NCBI GenBank assembly: GCA_963707915.1
Contig: OY970178.1
Span: 1,344,001 to 1,408,000 of the forward strand
Source of the DNA: Candidatus Eiseniibacteriota bacterium
GTDB lineage: Bacteria > Eisenbacteria > RBG-16-71-46
Length of the DNA stretch: 64,000 bases
Reading direction: 5' to 3'
The stretch's first letter is position 1; every line of letters starts with the position of its first letter. A program made the position numbers and the translations under genes. Shown here one piece after another: positions 42,754-53,102 of the stretch. Below the pieces are notes generated by a model. The model saw nothing but the letters and a program-made list of their open reading frames with translations. It made no database searches and was not told where the DNA came from.

Positions 42754-44250
42754 TTGTACGAGAGCAGCATGGTGACCGCGTTGGAGCAGCGAAGTGACCG
42801 CTCCGGTCTGAACCGGCGGTCGGGGGGGACGGAAGCAGCACCCCGACGGCACCGCCCCGGCCCCCTGTGCCCCACGCCGAATGGTCTGGCGGTACGGGAA
42901 TCGTTCGGGCTAGACTCCCCTCCGACCCCGCTGGAGGAGGCAACCCTGGTCCCCCCGGACGCATCCGACGAACTCGCAGCCGCGCGGCTGCGCAAGGCCA
43001 TGCACTTCCTCGCCGAGCTCGGCGCGGTCGTGGCCTCGAGCACCCGGATGCAACCCATCCTCGACTGGATCGTGCTGAAGACCACCGGGATGCTCCAGGC
43101 CGACGAGGGCTGCCTGCGGCTCATCGTGGCCGACCCGACGACCTCCCAGACGATGATCCGTCCGAAGTCGCACCAGCTCGCCGCCGGCTCGTGGCCCCGC
43201 GCCGTGGCCATGTCGGTCACCGGCCACCTGCTGCAGCGCGAAGGGCACCTGGCCACGTCCGACCTGCTGGCCGACGAGCGCTTCCCGGGGCTGCGCGGCT
43301 GCGACACCAGCGTGCGCGCCCTGCTGGCCGTGCCCCTGCGGATCGAGAACCGCGTCACCGGCGTGCTGGCCGTTACCCAGGGGGTCCCCGGCCGGCGCTG
43401 GACGGAGGACGAGATCGAGCTGCTCTCGATCGTGGCCAACCATTCGGCGGCGGTCATCGAGCAGGCCCGGCTGCGGGTCGAGGCCGACGAGAAGCAGCGG
43501 CTCCAGGAGGAGGCGACGCGCCTCGAGCACGAGCTCGACCAGGCGCGGGACACGCAGATGCGGCTCGTCCCGGCGGAGCCGTTGCGGCTCGGCGCCTGGG
43601 AGGTCACGGGGCTCCTCACGCCCGCCCGGCAGGTGGGCGGGGACTCCTTCGACTACTTCGTCATCGGCGACCAGCGGCTCGGCTTCTCGATCGGCGACGT
43701 GTCCGGCAAGGGCCTGCCCGCCGCGCTCCTGATGATGACGGCGCAGGGCTACCTGCGGGTCACCTGCAGCAGCGACCGGCCGCTGCCCGAGAAGATGCGC
43801 CAGCTCAACCAGGGCGTGGTCCGCTCGGCCCAGCCCGGGAAGTTCATCACGCTCTTCTACGGCGAGCTGGACCCGGCCGAGGGGCGGCTCCGCTACGTCA
43901 ATGCCGGGCACAACTACCCGCTCCTGCGCCGCGCCGACGGCTGCCTCGAGCCGCTCATCGAGGGCGGCCTCGTGCTGGGCTTCGGCGCGGACGTCGAATT
44001 CGCGCAGGGCGAGGTCACCCTCGCGGCCGGCGACGCGCTGCTGCTCACCAGCGACGGCGTGTCGGAGGCCATGGACCTTCGCGGCGGGGAGTACGGGGAG
44101 GAGCGCCTGCAGGAGGCCTGGCGGCGGCACGGGGCGCGGCCGCCCGCCGAGTTCATCGCGACGCTGATGGCCGACATCGAGTCCTTCCGCGACGGGGCGC
44201 CGCAGAGCGACGACATCACCGTCGTGGTGCTGGCGGCCGCGCGAGCGTGA
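42754..44250 (+). CDS. GAF + SpoIIE/PP2C (RsbU-like) serine phosphatase; true start probably further downstream
   Basis: GAF (LLAVPL...GVL...W), coiled coil, VGGDSFD, GDVSGKG, NAGH, SDGVSE, QSDDIT. Confidence 0.85.
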   Translation: MYESSMVTALEQRSDRSGLNRRSGGTEAAPRRHRPGPLCPTPNGLAVRESFGLDSPPTPLEEATLVPPDASDELAAARLRKAMHFLAELGAVVASSTRMQPILDWIVLKTTGMLQADEGCLRLIVADPTTSQTMIRPKSHQLAAGSWPRAVAMSVTGHLLQREGHLATSDLLADERFPGLRGCDTSVRALLAVPLRIENRVTGVLAVTQGVPGRRWTEDEIELLSIVANHSAAVIEQARLRVEADEKQRLQEEATRLEHELDQARDTQMRLVPAEPLRLGAWEVTGLLTPARQVGGDSFDYFVIGDQRLGFSIGDVSGKGLPAALLMMTAQGYLRVTCSSDRPLPEKMRQLNQGVVRSAQPGKFITLFYGELDPAEGRLRYVNAGHNYPLLRRADGCLEPLIEGGLVLGFGADVEFAQGEVTLAAGDALLLTSDGVSEAMDLRGGEYGEERLQEAWRRHGARPPAEFIATLMADIESFRDGAPQSDDITVVVLAAARA

Positions 44251-44269
44251 AGCCCGGGCGGGTCTCCGC

Positions 44270-45085
44270 GTGAAGCGGGTGCTGGCGCTGCTGGCGCTGC
44301 TGCTGCTCGCCGCCGGCGCGCTCCTCGTCGGCCTCTCGGCCACGCGCGCCGGGCTCTACGACGTGGCGGGCCTCGCGCGCGCGGTCCCCCGCCGCACCGC
44401 GCTGATGCTCGAGCGCGAGGAGCAGGCGGCGCGCCGGGGCCGGCCCTGGCGCATGCGCCAGGTGTGGGTACCCTACGACCACGTCTCCCCGCTGCTGCGG
44501 CGCGCCGTGCTCACCGCCGAGGACGACGCCTTCTACCAGCACGGCGGACTGGACTGGAGCGAACTGCGCGCGGCGGCGCGGCGCGACCTCGAGGAGCGGC
44601 GCGTCGTGCGCGGCGGCAGCACCATCACCCAGCAGCTCGCCAAGAACGTCTTCCTCGGGGACGATCGCACCGTCACGCGCAAGCTCACCGAGGTGTTCCT
44701 GGCGTTGCGCATGGAGCGGGCGCTCTCCAAGCGCCGCATCTTCGAGCTCTACCTCAACCTGATCGAGTGGGGCGACGGGACCTTCGGGGCCGAGGCCGCG
44801 GCGCGCCGCTACTTCGGCGTCTCCGCCGCGGACCTCTCGCCGCGGCAGGCGCTGCTGCTGGCGGCGGTCATCATCAACCCGCACCGCTACCCGGTGCTCG
44901 ATCCGCCGCGCCGCATCGAGCGCCGCGTGCGCATGATCGCCTCGCGCATGCGGCGCCGGGGCGCGCTCGACCCGGCCCAGTACGACCAGGTCCTCGGCCT
45001 GCCCCCTGCCGCCCCTCGGCCGGATTCCACCGCGGCTCCGGGCGGGGCACCGGACCCGCCGTTCAGCCCCCCAGCGACTCCTTGA
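44270..45085 (+). CDS. mtgA: Monofunctional peptidoglycan transglycosylase
   Basis: AEDDAFYQHGG, GGSTITQQLAKN, RKLTE, SKRRIFELYLN, GAEAAA. Confidence 0.9.
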   Translation: MKRVLALLALLLLAAGALLVGLSATRAGLYDVAGLARAVPRRTALMLEREEQAARRGRPWRMRQVWVPYDHVSPLLRRAVLTAEDDAFYQHGGLDWSELRAAARRDLEERRVVRGGSTITQQLAKNVFLGDDRTVTRKLTEVFLALRMERALSKRRIFELYLNLIEWGDGTFGAEAAARRYFGVSAADLSPRQALLLAAVIINPHRYPVLDPPRRIERRVRMIASRMRRRGALDPAQYDQVLGLPPAAPRPDSTAAPGGAPDPPFSPPATP

Positions 45086-45524
45086 CCAGCCGCGAGACCA
45101 GCGTGCCGTCGGCCCGGCCCTTCACCTGCGCCATGACCACGCCCATCACCTTGCCCAGGTCCCTCGGGCCGGCCGCGCCGGTCTTCGCCACCGCCGCCAA
45201 CACCAGCGTGCGCACCTCGTCCTCGGAGAGCATCTGCGGCAGGTAGCGCCCGGTGACCACGATCTCCCGTTCCTCGCTGGCGACCAGGTCCTCGCGCCCG
45301 ATCCGCTTCAGCTCCTCGATGGTCTCGCGGCGCTTCTTGGCGTAGCGCTGGAGCACCTCGATCTCCTCGTCGCGAGAGAACGCCGCGTCCTTCGGCTTCT
45401 TGGTCCGGGCCTCCATCAGCGCCGCCTTCAGCATGCGCAGGGTGCTCAGGGTGTCCGCGTCCCGCGCCTTCATCGCGACCGTCATGTCCTGCTGGATCCG
45501 TTCGGAAATCGATTCGTCGGTCAT
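45063..45524 (-). CDS. GatB/YqeY domain protein
   Basis: AMKARD, YLPQML, DLGKVMG, GRADG. Confidence 0.88.
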   Translation of the reverse strand: MTDESISERIQQDMTVAMKARDADTLSTLRMLKAALMEARTKKPKDAAFSRDEEIEVLQRYAKKRRETIEELKRIGREDLVASEEREIVVTGRYLPQMLSEDEVRTLVLAAVAKTGAAGPRDLGKVMGVVMAQVKGRADGTLVSRLVKESLGG

Positions 45525-46624
45525 ACGCTCTCCTCCCTGGGCCCGCGCGCCTCGGCGAAGGCCCGGACTGCATCCTGGAACGTGTCGAGCGCGGCGGCGC
45601 AGCGGGCGGCCTCCCCGCCCAGCGCGATGCGCACGCCGCGCGGCTCTCCGAAGAAGCGTCCCGGCACCACCAGCAATCCGAAGCGCTCGGCGGCGAACAG
45701 TGCGAACGCGTCGCCGCCGGCGTGCCCCGGGAAATGGACGAAGGTCGTGGTGCCCTGCGAGGGCACGCCCGCGTCGCAGGGCAGCCCGTCCGCGACGAGG
45801 CGGCGCCAGGACGCGTGGTTCGTCGAGAGGATCGCCCGCGCGCGGGCGCGCAGCGCGTCGAGGTGCGGCGCCAGGGCGAGCGCGAGCGCCAGCGACGGCC
45901 CGGCGGGCTCGACCGACAGGGCGTTCTGCGCCTCCGCGCAGCGCGCCAGCGCCTCGGCGCTCCCCGCGACCCAGCCCACGCGCAGGCTGCCGAGCCCGTA
46001 GGACTTGGTGAGCGTGGAGGTCGCGACCCAGCGGTCCGAGAACTCGCTCGTCGTCCCCACCGGCCGCTCCCCCGCGTCGCGGAAGGTCTCGTCGCAGACC
46101 AGCCACAGGCCGCGGCGCTCCGCGAGCGCGGTGAGGGCCGCCCCATCCGCGGGCTCCAGCGCCACGCCGCCCGGGTTGTGCAGGTCGGTGAACAGCACCA
46201 GGCGGGTCGCGGGCGTGAGCGCGGCCTCGACCGCCTCGCCCAGCCGGCCGTAGCCGTGCTCGCGCCGGCGCGCGAAGGTGCGCACCCGCGCGCCGAAGAA
46301 GGGCGGCACCGCGCGGTGCGGCTCGTAGCCCGGGGACTCGACCAGGGCCTCCTCGCCCGGCTCGAGCAGCCCGGCGAGCACGCAGGCGTTGGCCTCGCTC
46401 GCCCCCGACGTGACCAGCACGCGCCCGCCCGGGGCGCCGAGCCGGGCGCCCAGCGCCCGTTCGAGCTCGGGCAGCACGTCCTCGGGGTGCGGCGTGCCCG
46501 CCCGGCAGGGCAGGCCGAGCGCCTCGAGGTCGGGCGTGGCCACGGCGCTGTCGGCGAGGCTCAGCGGCCAGCGGCCGTGCTGGGCCTTGCTCCAGGCGAG
46601 GTGTTCGAGGCGCGGCCGGCTCAT
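45521..46624 (-). CDS. PLP-dependent aminotransferase class I/II
   Basis: HNPGG, DETF, STLTKSYGLGSLRVGW. Confidence 0.85.
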   Translation of the reverse strand: MSRPRLEHLAWSKAQHGRWPLSLADSAVATPDLEALGLPCRAGTPHPEDVLPELERALGARLGAPGGRVLVTSGASEANACVLAGLLEPGEEALVESPGYEPHRAVPPFFGARVRTFARRREHGYGRLGEAVEAALTPATRLVLFTDLHNPGGVALEPADGAALTALAERRGLWLVCDETFRDAGERPVGTTSEFSDRWVATSTLTKSYGLGSLRVGWVAGSAEALARCAEAQNALSVEPAGPSLALALALAPHLDALRARARAILSTNHASWRRLVADGLPCDAGVPSQGTTTFVHFPGHAGGDAFALFAAERFGLLVVPGRFFGEPRGVRIALGGEAARCAAALDTFQDAVRAFAEARGPREESV

Positions 46625-46628
46625 CGGC

Positions 46629-47645
46629 TCAGTAGCTGTGCTCGTCCAGCTTCACGGGCCCCTTGAACCGGCGGTAGATGAAGATCGTGTAGCCGACCAC
46701 CAGCGGCATCCCGGCCAGGGCGATGACCAGCATGACCTTCAGGGTCAGCGGCGTGGAGCACGCGTTCGTCACGGTGAGCGACTCCCCGCCGCCCAACGCC
46801 GGCACCAGGTCGGGGTAGAGCCCCTGTCCCACCAGCGCGAGCAGCATGGCGATCGCCACCGAGAAGTGCACGAAGGCCAGCCCCGGCCGCTTCCCGCCGA
46901 CCAGCACCCGGAACCCCGCCGCGGCGATCACGAAGAGGACCGGCGCGACCCACGCCAGCGGGTGCGAGGTGACCTGCCACAGGCGCGGGATCGCGACGCG
47001 CGAGTAGATCGTGGCGGCCAGCCACAGCACCGCGAAGGCGAGCCACGATGCCCTGGCCCAGGCCCGCGCGCGCTCGCGCACCGGGCCCTCGGTCTTGAGG
47101 CCGAGCCAGGCCGCGCCCTGGGTGAGGAACATCGCGACCGAGAGCAGTCCGACGAGCAGCGCGAAGGGATGGAGCAGGCCGAGGAACGTCCCCGCGAACT
47201 CCTGTTCGGGATCGAGCGGCAGGCCGCGCAGGATGTTCCCGATCGCCACGCCGAAGAGCAGCGAGGGCAGGAACGACGAGACGGCGAAGACCGTGTCCCA
47301 GGCGCCGCGCCAGCGCGGGTCCGCCAGCTTGCTGCGGAACTCCAGGCACACGGCGCGCAGGATGAGCGCGGCCAGCACCAGCATCAGCGGCAGGTAGAGG
47401 CCCGAGAACACCGTGGCGTAGACCTTCGGGAAGGCGGCGAAGAGCGCGCCGCCGCCGGTCAGCAGCCAGACCTCGTTGCCGTCCCACACCGGCCCCACCG
47501 AGTTGATGACCTGGCGCCGCTCGGCGTCGCTCCGGGCCACGAAGCGGTGGAGCATTCCCACGCCCAGGTCGAAGCCGTCGAGGATGGCGTAGCCCGCCAG
47601 CAGCAGGCCGACCAGCAGGAACCAGGCGGTCTCAAGCGGCAGCAT
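46629..47645 (-). CDS. cydB: Cytochrome bd ubiquinol oxidase subunit II
   Basis: [25 protein letters not shown]. Confidence 0.95.
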   Translation of the reverse strand: MLPLETAWFLLVGLLLAGYAILDGFDLGVGMLHRFVARSDAERRQVINSVGPVWDGNEVWLLTGGGALFAAFPKVYATVFSGLYLPLMLVLAALILRAVCLEFRSKLADPRWRGAWDTVFAVSSFLPSLLFGVAIGNILRGLPLDPEQEFAGTFLGLLHPFALLVGLLSVAMFLTQGAAWLGLKTEGPVRERARAWARASWLAFAVLWLAATIYSRVAIPRLWQVTSHPLAWVAPVLFVIAAAGFRVLVGGKRPGLAFVHFSVAIAMLLALVGQGLYPDLVPALGGGESLTVTNACSTPLTLKVMLVIALAGMPLVVGYTIFIYRRFKGPVKLDEHSY

Positions 47646-48979
47646 GGCGCACCTCCCCTTCGCTCCCGGCCGGCTGCGGCCCGTGGACGATCTCCCGGCG
47701 CAGCAGGAACAGCCACAGCCCCCCGAGCACGGCGTAGATGACGCCGAACAGCACGATCGAGAACAGGATCTGCGGCGCGCCGACCACCTTCGACACCGCG
47801 TCCCGGGTGCGCATCAGCCCGTAGACGATCCACGGCTGCCGGCCCACCTCGGCCCCCAGCCACCCCAGCTGGATGGCGATCATCGGCAGCGGGATGGACC
47901 AGAGCACGAGGTGCTGCCACCAGCGCGCGCGCTCCAGCCGTCCGAGCAGCAGGAGCGCCAGCCCGACGAGCGCGATCAGCAGCATCAGGTTCCCGAGGAT
48001 GACCATGTTGTGGAACGCGAGGAACGTGACCGCGACCGGCGGCCAGTCCGCCTGCGGGAACTCCTCCAGCCCCTTGACCGGCGCCTCGAAGTTGCCGAAG
48101 GCCAGGAACGAGGTGAGATTCGTGATGATCAGCTCGGGCCCCGGCCGGCGGGCCGACTGCGTGGGCGGCAGGCAGAAGAGGATGAGCGGCGCCCCGCGCT
48201 GCGTGGAGAAGAGCCCCTCCATGGCCGCGAACTTGGCCTCCTGCGTGTGCGCCACCTGCTTCGCGTGCCGGTCGCCCGTCCCGAAGTTGAGCGCGCAGGC
48301 GATGACCGCCATCACCGTGCCGAGCTTCAGCGACACACGCGCCACGTCGCCGCCGCGGCCCCGGAGGAAGTACCACGCGGCGATGCCGGCCATGAAGAAG
48401 GCCCCCATGGTCCAGGCCGCCGCGACCGTGTGCAGGAAGCGCGGCAGCGTCGAGGGATTGAAGACCGCGGCCGCGAAGTCGGTCAGCTCGGCGCGCCCGT
48501 TCGCCAGGCGGAACCCGGCCGGCGTCTGCATCCACGAGTTGGCGACGATGATCCAGAAGGCCGAGAGCATGGTCCCGAGCGCCACCATCAGCGAGGCGAA
48601 CCAGCGGGTGAAGGAAGAGATGCGCTTGCGCCCGAGGATCAGCAGCCCGAGGAAGCCCGACTCGAGGAAGAAGGCGAAGACGCCCTCGGCCGCCAGCGGG
48701 GCGCCGAAGATGTCGCCCACGAAGCGCGAGTAGCTCGCCCAGTTCGTGCCGAACTCGAACTCCATGACGATGCCGGTGGCGACGCCGACCACGAAGGTCA
48801 GGGTGAAGAGGCCGAGCCAGAAGTCCGACGCCCGCCGGTAGACGTCCTTCGCCGGTGCGCCAGCGGGCGGTCTCCAGCAGGAAGACCAGGAAGGCCAGCC
48901 CGATGGTGATGGGCGGGAAGAGGAAGTGGAACATGATGGTCAGCGAGAATTGCAGCCGCGCCAGCCAGACTACGTCCAT
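47632..48979 (-). CDS. cydA: Cytochrome bd oxidase subunit I, split by one +1 frameshift at ~48848
   Basis: Frame 1 has [16 protein letters not shown]; frame 2 has [47 protein letters not shown]. Removing one base from GGCGAAGGAC restores [14 protein letters not shown]. Confidence 0.9.
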
Positions 48980-49133
48980 GCGACCTCCATGCGATCAGGA
49001 TCGAGCCAATGGGAGCGGCCCGGGATGGCCCCGTGGAACGGCCGCGATTCGGATGCGGCACGGCGCGGATGGATGCGGGACCAGCGGGTCCGGCCGACCC
49101 GAGCCGGCCCCCGTTCGGCCGGCGTGAGCCGCC

Positions 49134-49475
49134 TCACCCGCCGCGGAGCGCGTCGATCTTGGCCGCGAGGATGAAGTCGTTCTCGTGCAGGCCCCCGATC
49201 TTGTGCGTCCAGGTCTCGACCGCCACCCTGCCCCAGGCGACGTGGAGGTCGGGGTGGTGCTGCTCGCGTTCCGCCACCTCCCCCACACGGACCGCGAAAG
49301 CCATCGCGGTGCGGAAGTCGGGGAAATCGAACTCGCGCCGCAGCCTCAGGACGCCGTCGACCTCCGCGACCCTCCAGCCCGGTACCTGCGGCAGGAGCCG
49401 GACCGTCTCCTCGGCCGTGAGCGTCGGAGCGCCCTCGCGGCAGGGGACGCAGCTGCGTTCCTTCAGGTCGCTCAT
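49134..49475 (-). CDS. phhB: Pterin-4-alpha-carbinolamine dehydratase
   Basis: CVPC, AEREQHHPDL, WTHKIGGLHENDFILAAKID. Confidence 0.9.
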   Translation of the reverse strand: MSDLKERSCVPCREGAPTLTAEETVRLLPQVPGWRVAEVDGVLRLRREFDFPDFRTAMAFAVRVGEVAEREQHHPDLHVAWGRVAVETWTHKIGGLHENDFILAAKIDALRGG

Positions 49476-50812
49476 CTTCGTGCCTCCTCGCGGACGGGCG
49501 TGAGAGCGCGGCCGGACCCGGCACGGGCTCCGGCGGGGGCGGGCACCTCGAGCAAGCGACGGTTCCACGCCCACAGGAGCGCGGTCGTCGCGAGCAGGAT
49601 CGCGCCGTTCGCCTGGTGCAGGGTGGTCACGAGCACGCGGAGCAAGGCCGACGACTCGGCGTTCCCCGCCTGGGAAAGGACCAGGAGGGCCCCGATCCCG
49701 AGCGCGATCTGGAGGCCGAGGAAGACCAGGAGCGCACGGCCCAACCGTTCCAGGATCGGCTGGCCGCGGACGAACCAGCTCGCCCGGGCTCCGACCGCCA
49801 CCGCCACGACGGCGACGAAGGCCGCCAGGGTGACGTGGACGAGCAGTCCGCGCGAGACGTGCCGCAGGATCGCTCCCAGCACCAGCTGCGCCACGAGCAG
49901 CCCGAGGAGGAACAGGGACAGGGCGCGATCGGTGGAAGCTCCGGAAGTCCGAGTCGCGGGCCGGTCCGAGGTCCACGTGGGCGAGGCGAACGCGCTCAGG
50001 GCCGCGAGGCTGGCCAGGAAGATCTGTCCGGTCACGCCATGGACGATGGCGAGGACGATGCTCGGCCGGGTCTCGAGCGGGGACGTGCTCGTGGTCCAGC
50101 GGCCGGTGACGCGCAATCCTCCCAGGATCCCCTGGACGATCACCAGGGCAAGAGTCGCCAGGGCGAAGCCGCGAACCCAGCGGCGGGTCTCGACCCGCTG
50201 GATGTAGATGACGAGCACCAGCGTGGTCAGGCCCACCAGGGAGCCGAAGAGCCGGTGGGCGTGCTCGTAGTAGATCCCGCCCGTCATCTTGCTCAGGGGA
50301 TAGAGGAACATCCCGTAGCCGAAGGTGTTCGGCCAATCGACCACGGCCAGTCCGGCGCCGGTGCTGGTCACCACCCCCCCGGCGATGAGGAGCAGCAGCG
50401 TGGCCGAGGCGGCGACGATGCAGAATCGCGCGGTCCAGGTCGAGGCCGGGGCCACCGGGGACGCGACGCGGCCTGCCAGGATGGCGCCCAGGGCCCCCAG
50501 GGCCGCACTGGCGAGGATGGACCCGGGGATCCACCAGAGCGCGCCGGGAGCGACGGAGTTGGCGCGGGCTCCTCCCAGCAGGCTCCCCAGGATGAGCAGG
50601 TTGACCGCGGAAGACAGGAGCCCGACCCGCAGGCCGGCCCTCCAGCCCTGTCCCGTGGTCCGGCCCGCGGCGTATCCTCCGGCCACGAGGCAGAGGAGCA
50701 GGAGCGTGAGCAGGAGCCAGTCCGGAACGAGCGCGGGAGGCAGACGACAGAGGTAACCCACCCACCACATCAGCACCGACGTTCCGAATCCGAGAGTCAG
50801 CATATCGGCCAT
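49472..50812 (-). CDS. ctaA: Heme A synthase (COX15/CtaA) with extra N-terminal membrane region
   Basis: GGVVTSTGAGLAVVDWP, EHAHRLFG, QGILGG, HGVTGQ, HQANG. Confidence 0.85.
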   Translation of the reverse strand: MADMLTLGFGTSVLMWWVGYLCRLPPALVPDWLLLTLLLLCLVAGGYAAGRTTGQGWRAGLRVGLLSSAVNLLILGSLLGGARANSVAPGALWWIPGSILASAALGALGAILAGRVASPVAPASTWTARFCIVAASATLLLLIAGGVVTSTGAGLAVVDWPNTFGYGMFLYPLSKMTGGIYYEHAHRLFGSLVGLTTLVLVIYIQRVETRRWVRGFALATLALVIVQGILGGLRVTGRWTTSTSPLETRPSIVLAIVHGVTGQIFLASLAALSAFASPTWTSDRPATRTSGASTDRALSLFLLGLLVAQLVLGAILRHVSRGLLVHVTLAAFVAVVAVAVGARASWFVRGQPILERLGRALLVFLGLQIALGIGALLVLSQAGNAESSALLRVLVTTLHQANGAILLATTALLWAWNRRLLEVPAPAGARAGSGRALTPVREEARR

Positions 50813-50913
50813 GGTCCCTGGCTCCTTCCCGGGTTCTGCGGCGGCATGATAGCATGCCGCGCAGTGTGCCGATCCGGGGAATCCACGTACCCCGACGGAG
50901 GGAACTGTTCCGC

Positions 50914-51906
50914 ATGCCAGACCGTCCCCCAGCGCCCCCGCGCCGCGGCGCCTTCCACCACCCGATGCCCCGATACCTGGAGCTCTTCAAGGCGCGGCTG
51001 ACGGCGCTGGTCCTGCTCTCCTGCGCGGCCGGCTTCCTCAGCGGCAACGGAACCCCGTGGGAGGCGACACGCTTCTTCTGGACCCTGCTGGGCACCGGCC
51101 TGGCTGCGGCCGGCGCCAACGCCCTCAACCAGTGGCTCGAGATCGGCCCGGACGCACGGATGGAACGCACCCGCGATCGGCCCCTGCCCGCGGGCCGGAT
51201 GAGCCCGAGGCACGCGCTGCTGGTGGCCCTCCTGGCCGCCGTGACGGGTGTGGGCGCTCTCGCGCTCCGGGTCAACGTCCTCACCGCCGCGCTCGCCGCG
51301 TTCGTCGTCGTGCTCTACGTCTTCGTCTACACCCCCCTGAAGAAGCGCACCCCGTTGTGCACCCTGGTCGGAGCCGTCTGCGGCGCGATCCCGCCGATGA
51401 TGGGATGGACGGGGGCCACCGGATCCCTCGGCTATGGCGGATGGGTGCTCGGTGTCACGCTCTTCCTCTGGCAGATCCCGCACTTCCTGTCCCTGGCGTG
51501 GCTCTACCGCGGGGACTATGCACGGGGAGGCTTCCGCATGTTGCCGTCGGTGGATCCGTCGGGACGGATGACCGGTACGCTGGCGGTGTTGTACAGCCTC
51601 GCCCTCCTGCCCCTGGGGCTGGCCGGCCTGTTCACGGGGATGGCGGGCTGGGTCTTCCTGGTGGGATCCCTCGGCCTGGGAACGGGACTGTTCCTGCTGA
51701 GCCTGCGGCTCCAGCGGGAGCACAGCGATCTGCGCGCCCGCCAGCTCTTCCTGGGCAGCATCGTCTATCTTCCCTTGATCCTGGTCCTGCTCGTGGCCGA
51801 TCGCGGGCCGGCTCGCGGACTGGAGCGGATGTCCGTGGCGGGCTTCGGTCCCGTTCACCTGGAGGCGCCGCAACCACAGCCGGGGCCCGAGCCGGCCGGG
51901 CCGTAG
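50914..51906 (+). CDS. ctaB: Protoheme IX farnesyltransferase (heme O synthase)
   Basis: NALNQ...DARMERTRDRPLPAGR, YTPLKK, GAIPP, WQIPHF, DYARGG. Confidence 0.93.
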   Translation: MPDRPPAPPRRGAFHHPMPRYLELFKARLTALVLLSCAAGFLSGNGTPWEATRFFWTLLGTGLAAAGANALNQWLEIGPDARMERTRDRPLPAGRMSPRHALLVALLAAVTGVGALALRVNVLTAALAAFVVVLYVFVYTPLKKRTPLCTLVGAVCGAIPPMMGWTGATGSLGYGGWVLGVTLFLWQIPHFLSLAWLYRGDYARGGFRMLPSVDPSGRMTGTLAVLYSLALLPLGLAGLFTGMAGWVFLVGSLGLGTGLFLLSLRLQREHSDLRARQLFLGSIVYLPLILVLLVADRGPARGLERMSVAGFGPVHLEAPQPQPGPEPAGP

Positions 51907-51944
51907 CTGCCCGGCCGTAGCCTTCTCGTCGCGGGAGGAGCGCC

Positions 51945-53045
51945 ATGGAAACGCCGATGGCCCAGGGTCCGCCCCGGCTCCCCCGAGGCTCCTTGCGCCA
52001 CGGGGGCTGGGTCCTGGCCCTGGCCCTCGTGCTGGTCACGGCGGCCACTCTGTGGCGTGTCTTCGACATGCTCTCCAGCCGGGGGTCGCGGGCGGTCGGG
52101 GACGGGCACGATCCTGCTTCCTACGGCTTCGACCTGGGCACCTGCCTCGTGCCCCGCGATCTCATCGTGGGAGGAGGCGTGCCCCGGGACGGCATCCCGG
52201 TCCTGGACCTCCCCCCGCTCTGGACGGTGGCGCAGGTGGAGTCACTGGCCGGAGTCCGTGGCGCGAAGTACCTCGTCCCGGGGGATCGCGTGATCGGGGT
52301 GGTTCGAAACGGCCAGGCGCGCGCCTACCCTACGCTCATCCTCGACTGGCACGAGGTCGTGAATGACACGCTCGGCGGCTGCCCGATCCTCGTCACCTAC
52401 AGTCCGCTCTGCGATGCGGTCGCCGTCTTCGACCGCCGGGTGCCTCCCGGCTCCGAGGCCCTCCGGTTCGGGCACAGCGGGCTCCTCTTCGACTCGGATC
52501 TCGTGCTCTACGACCGGCGCCCCGGGCACCGGGGAGAGAGCCTCTGGAGCCAGCTGCAGGCGCGGGCCATCACGGGACCGGCGGCCGACTCGGGCCGGGA
52601 GCTCACCCTGCTCCCCTGCTCGTTCGTGCGCTGGGCGGACTGGCGCGCGCGCCATCCGGCCACGACCATCCTGGCCCGGGATCCGGCGAGGACGGAGGAG
52701 TATGCGCGCTCCCCCTACAGCAGCTATCGCGGCTCGGACATCCTCCGCTTCCCGGCCCGTCCCCTGCCCGCTTCGGGGGCGCGACCCCTCAAGACCCCGT
52801 GTGCCGTCGTCTTCGTCGCGAACCGGCCCGTGGTCTACCCGCTCCCGCTCGTCGCCTCACGAGCGGACCGCCAGGGCGTCTGGCGGACCACCCAGCAGGG
52901 CCGACCGCTGATCTTCACCTACCGGGACCGGCCTCCCACTCTCTTCGTGGACGCGGAAGGGGACGCTGGGCCACCGGCGGTCCTGTACAGCTCCTGGTTC
53001 GCCTGGTTCGCGACGCACGCCGGGAGGGTCGTGGAAGGACGCTGA
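51945..53045 (+). CDS. DUF3179 domain protein with N-terminal membrane anchor
   Basis: GGVPRDGIP, ARAYP...WHEVVND, TYSPLC, FGHSGLL..SDLVLYDR, ESLWSQ, WFAW. Confidence 0.8.
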   Translation: METPMAQGPPRLPRGSLRHGGWVLALALVLVTAATLWRVFDMLSSRGSRAVGDGHDPASYGFDLGTCLVPRDLIVGGGVPRDGIPVLDLPPLWTVAQVESLAGVRGAKYLVPGDRVIGVVRNGQARAYPTLILDWHEVVNDTLGGCPILVTYSPLCDAVAVFDRRVPPGSEALRFGHSGLLFDSDLVLYDRRPGHRGESLWSQLQARAITGPAADSGRELTLLPCSFVRWADWRARHPATTILARDPARTEEYARSPYSSYRGSDILRFPARPLPASGARPLKTPCAVVFVANRPVVYPLPLVASRADRQGVWRTTQQGRPLIFTYRDRPPTLFVDAEGDAGPPAVLYSSWFAWFATHAGRVVEGR

Positions 53046-53102
53046 GGCAGGGATCCGCACGCGGCACGACTTCCCCGCCTGGGCTTCCGGCCCTCCAGCG
53101 GC

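Noticed and set aside
48840..48860. Programmed frameshift in cydA
   Set aside because: No slippery heptamer or homopolymer tract. A single-base insertion error fits the indel pattern seen further right.
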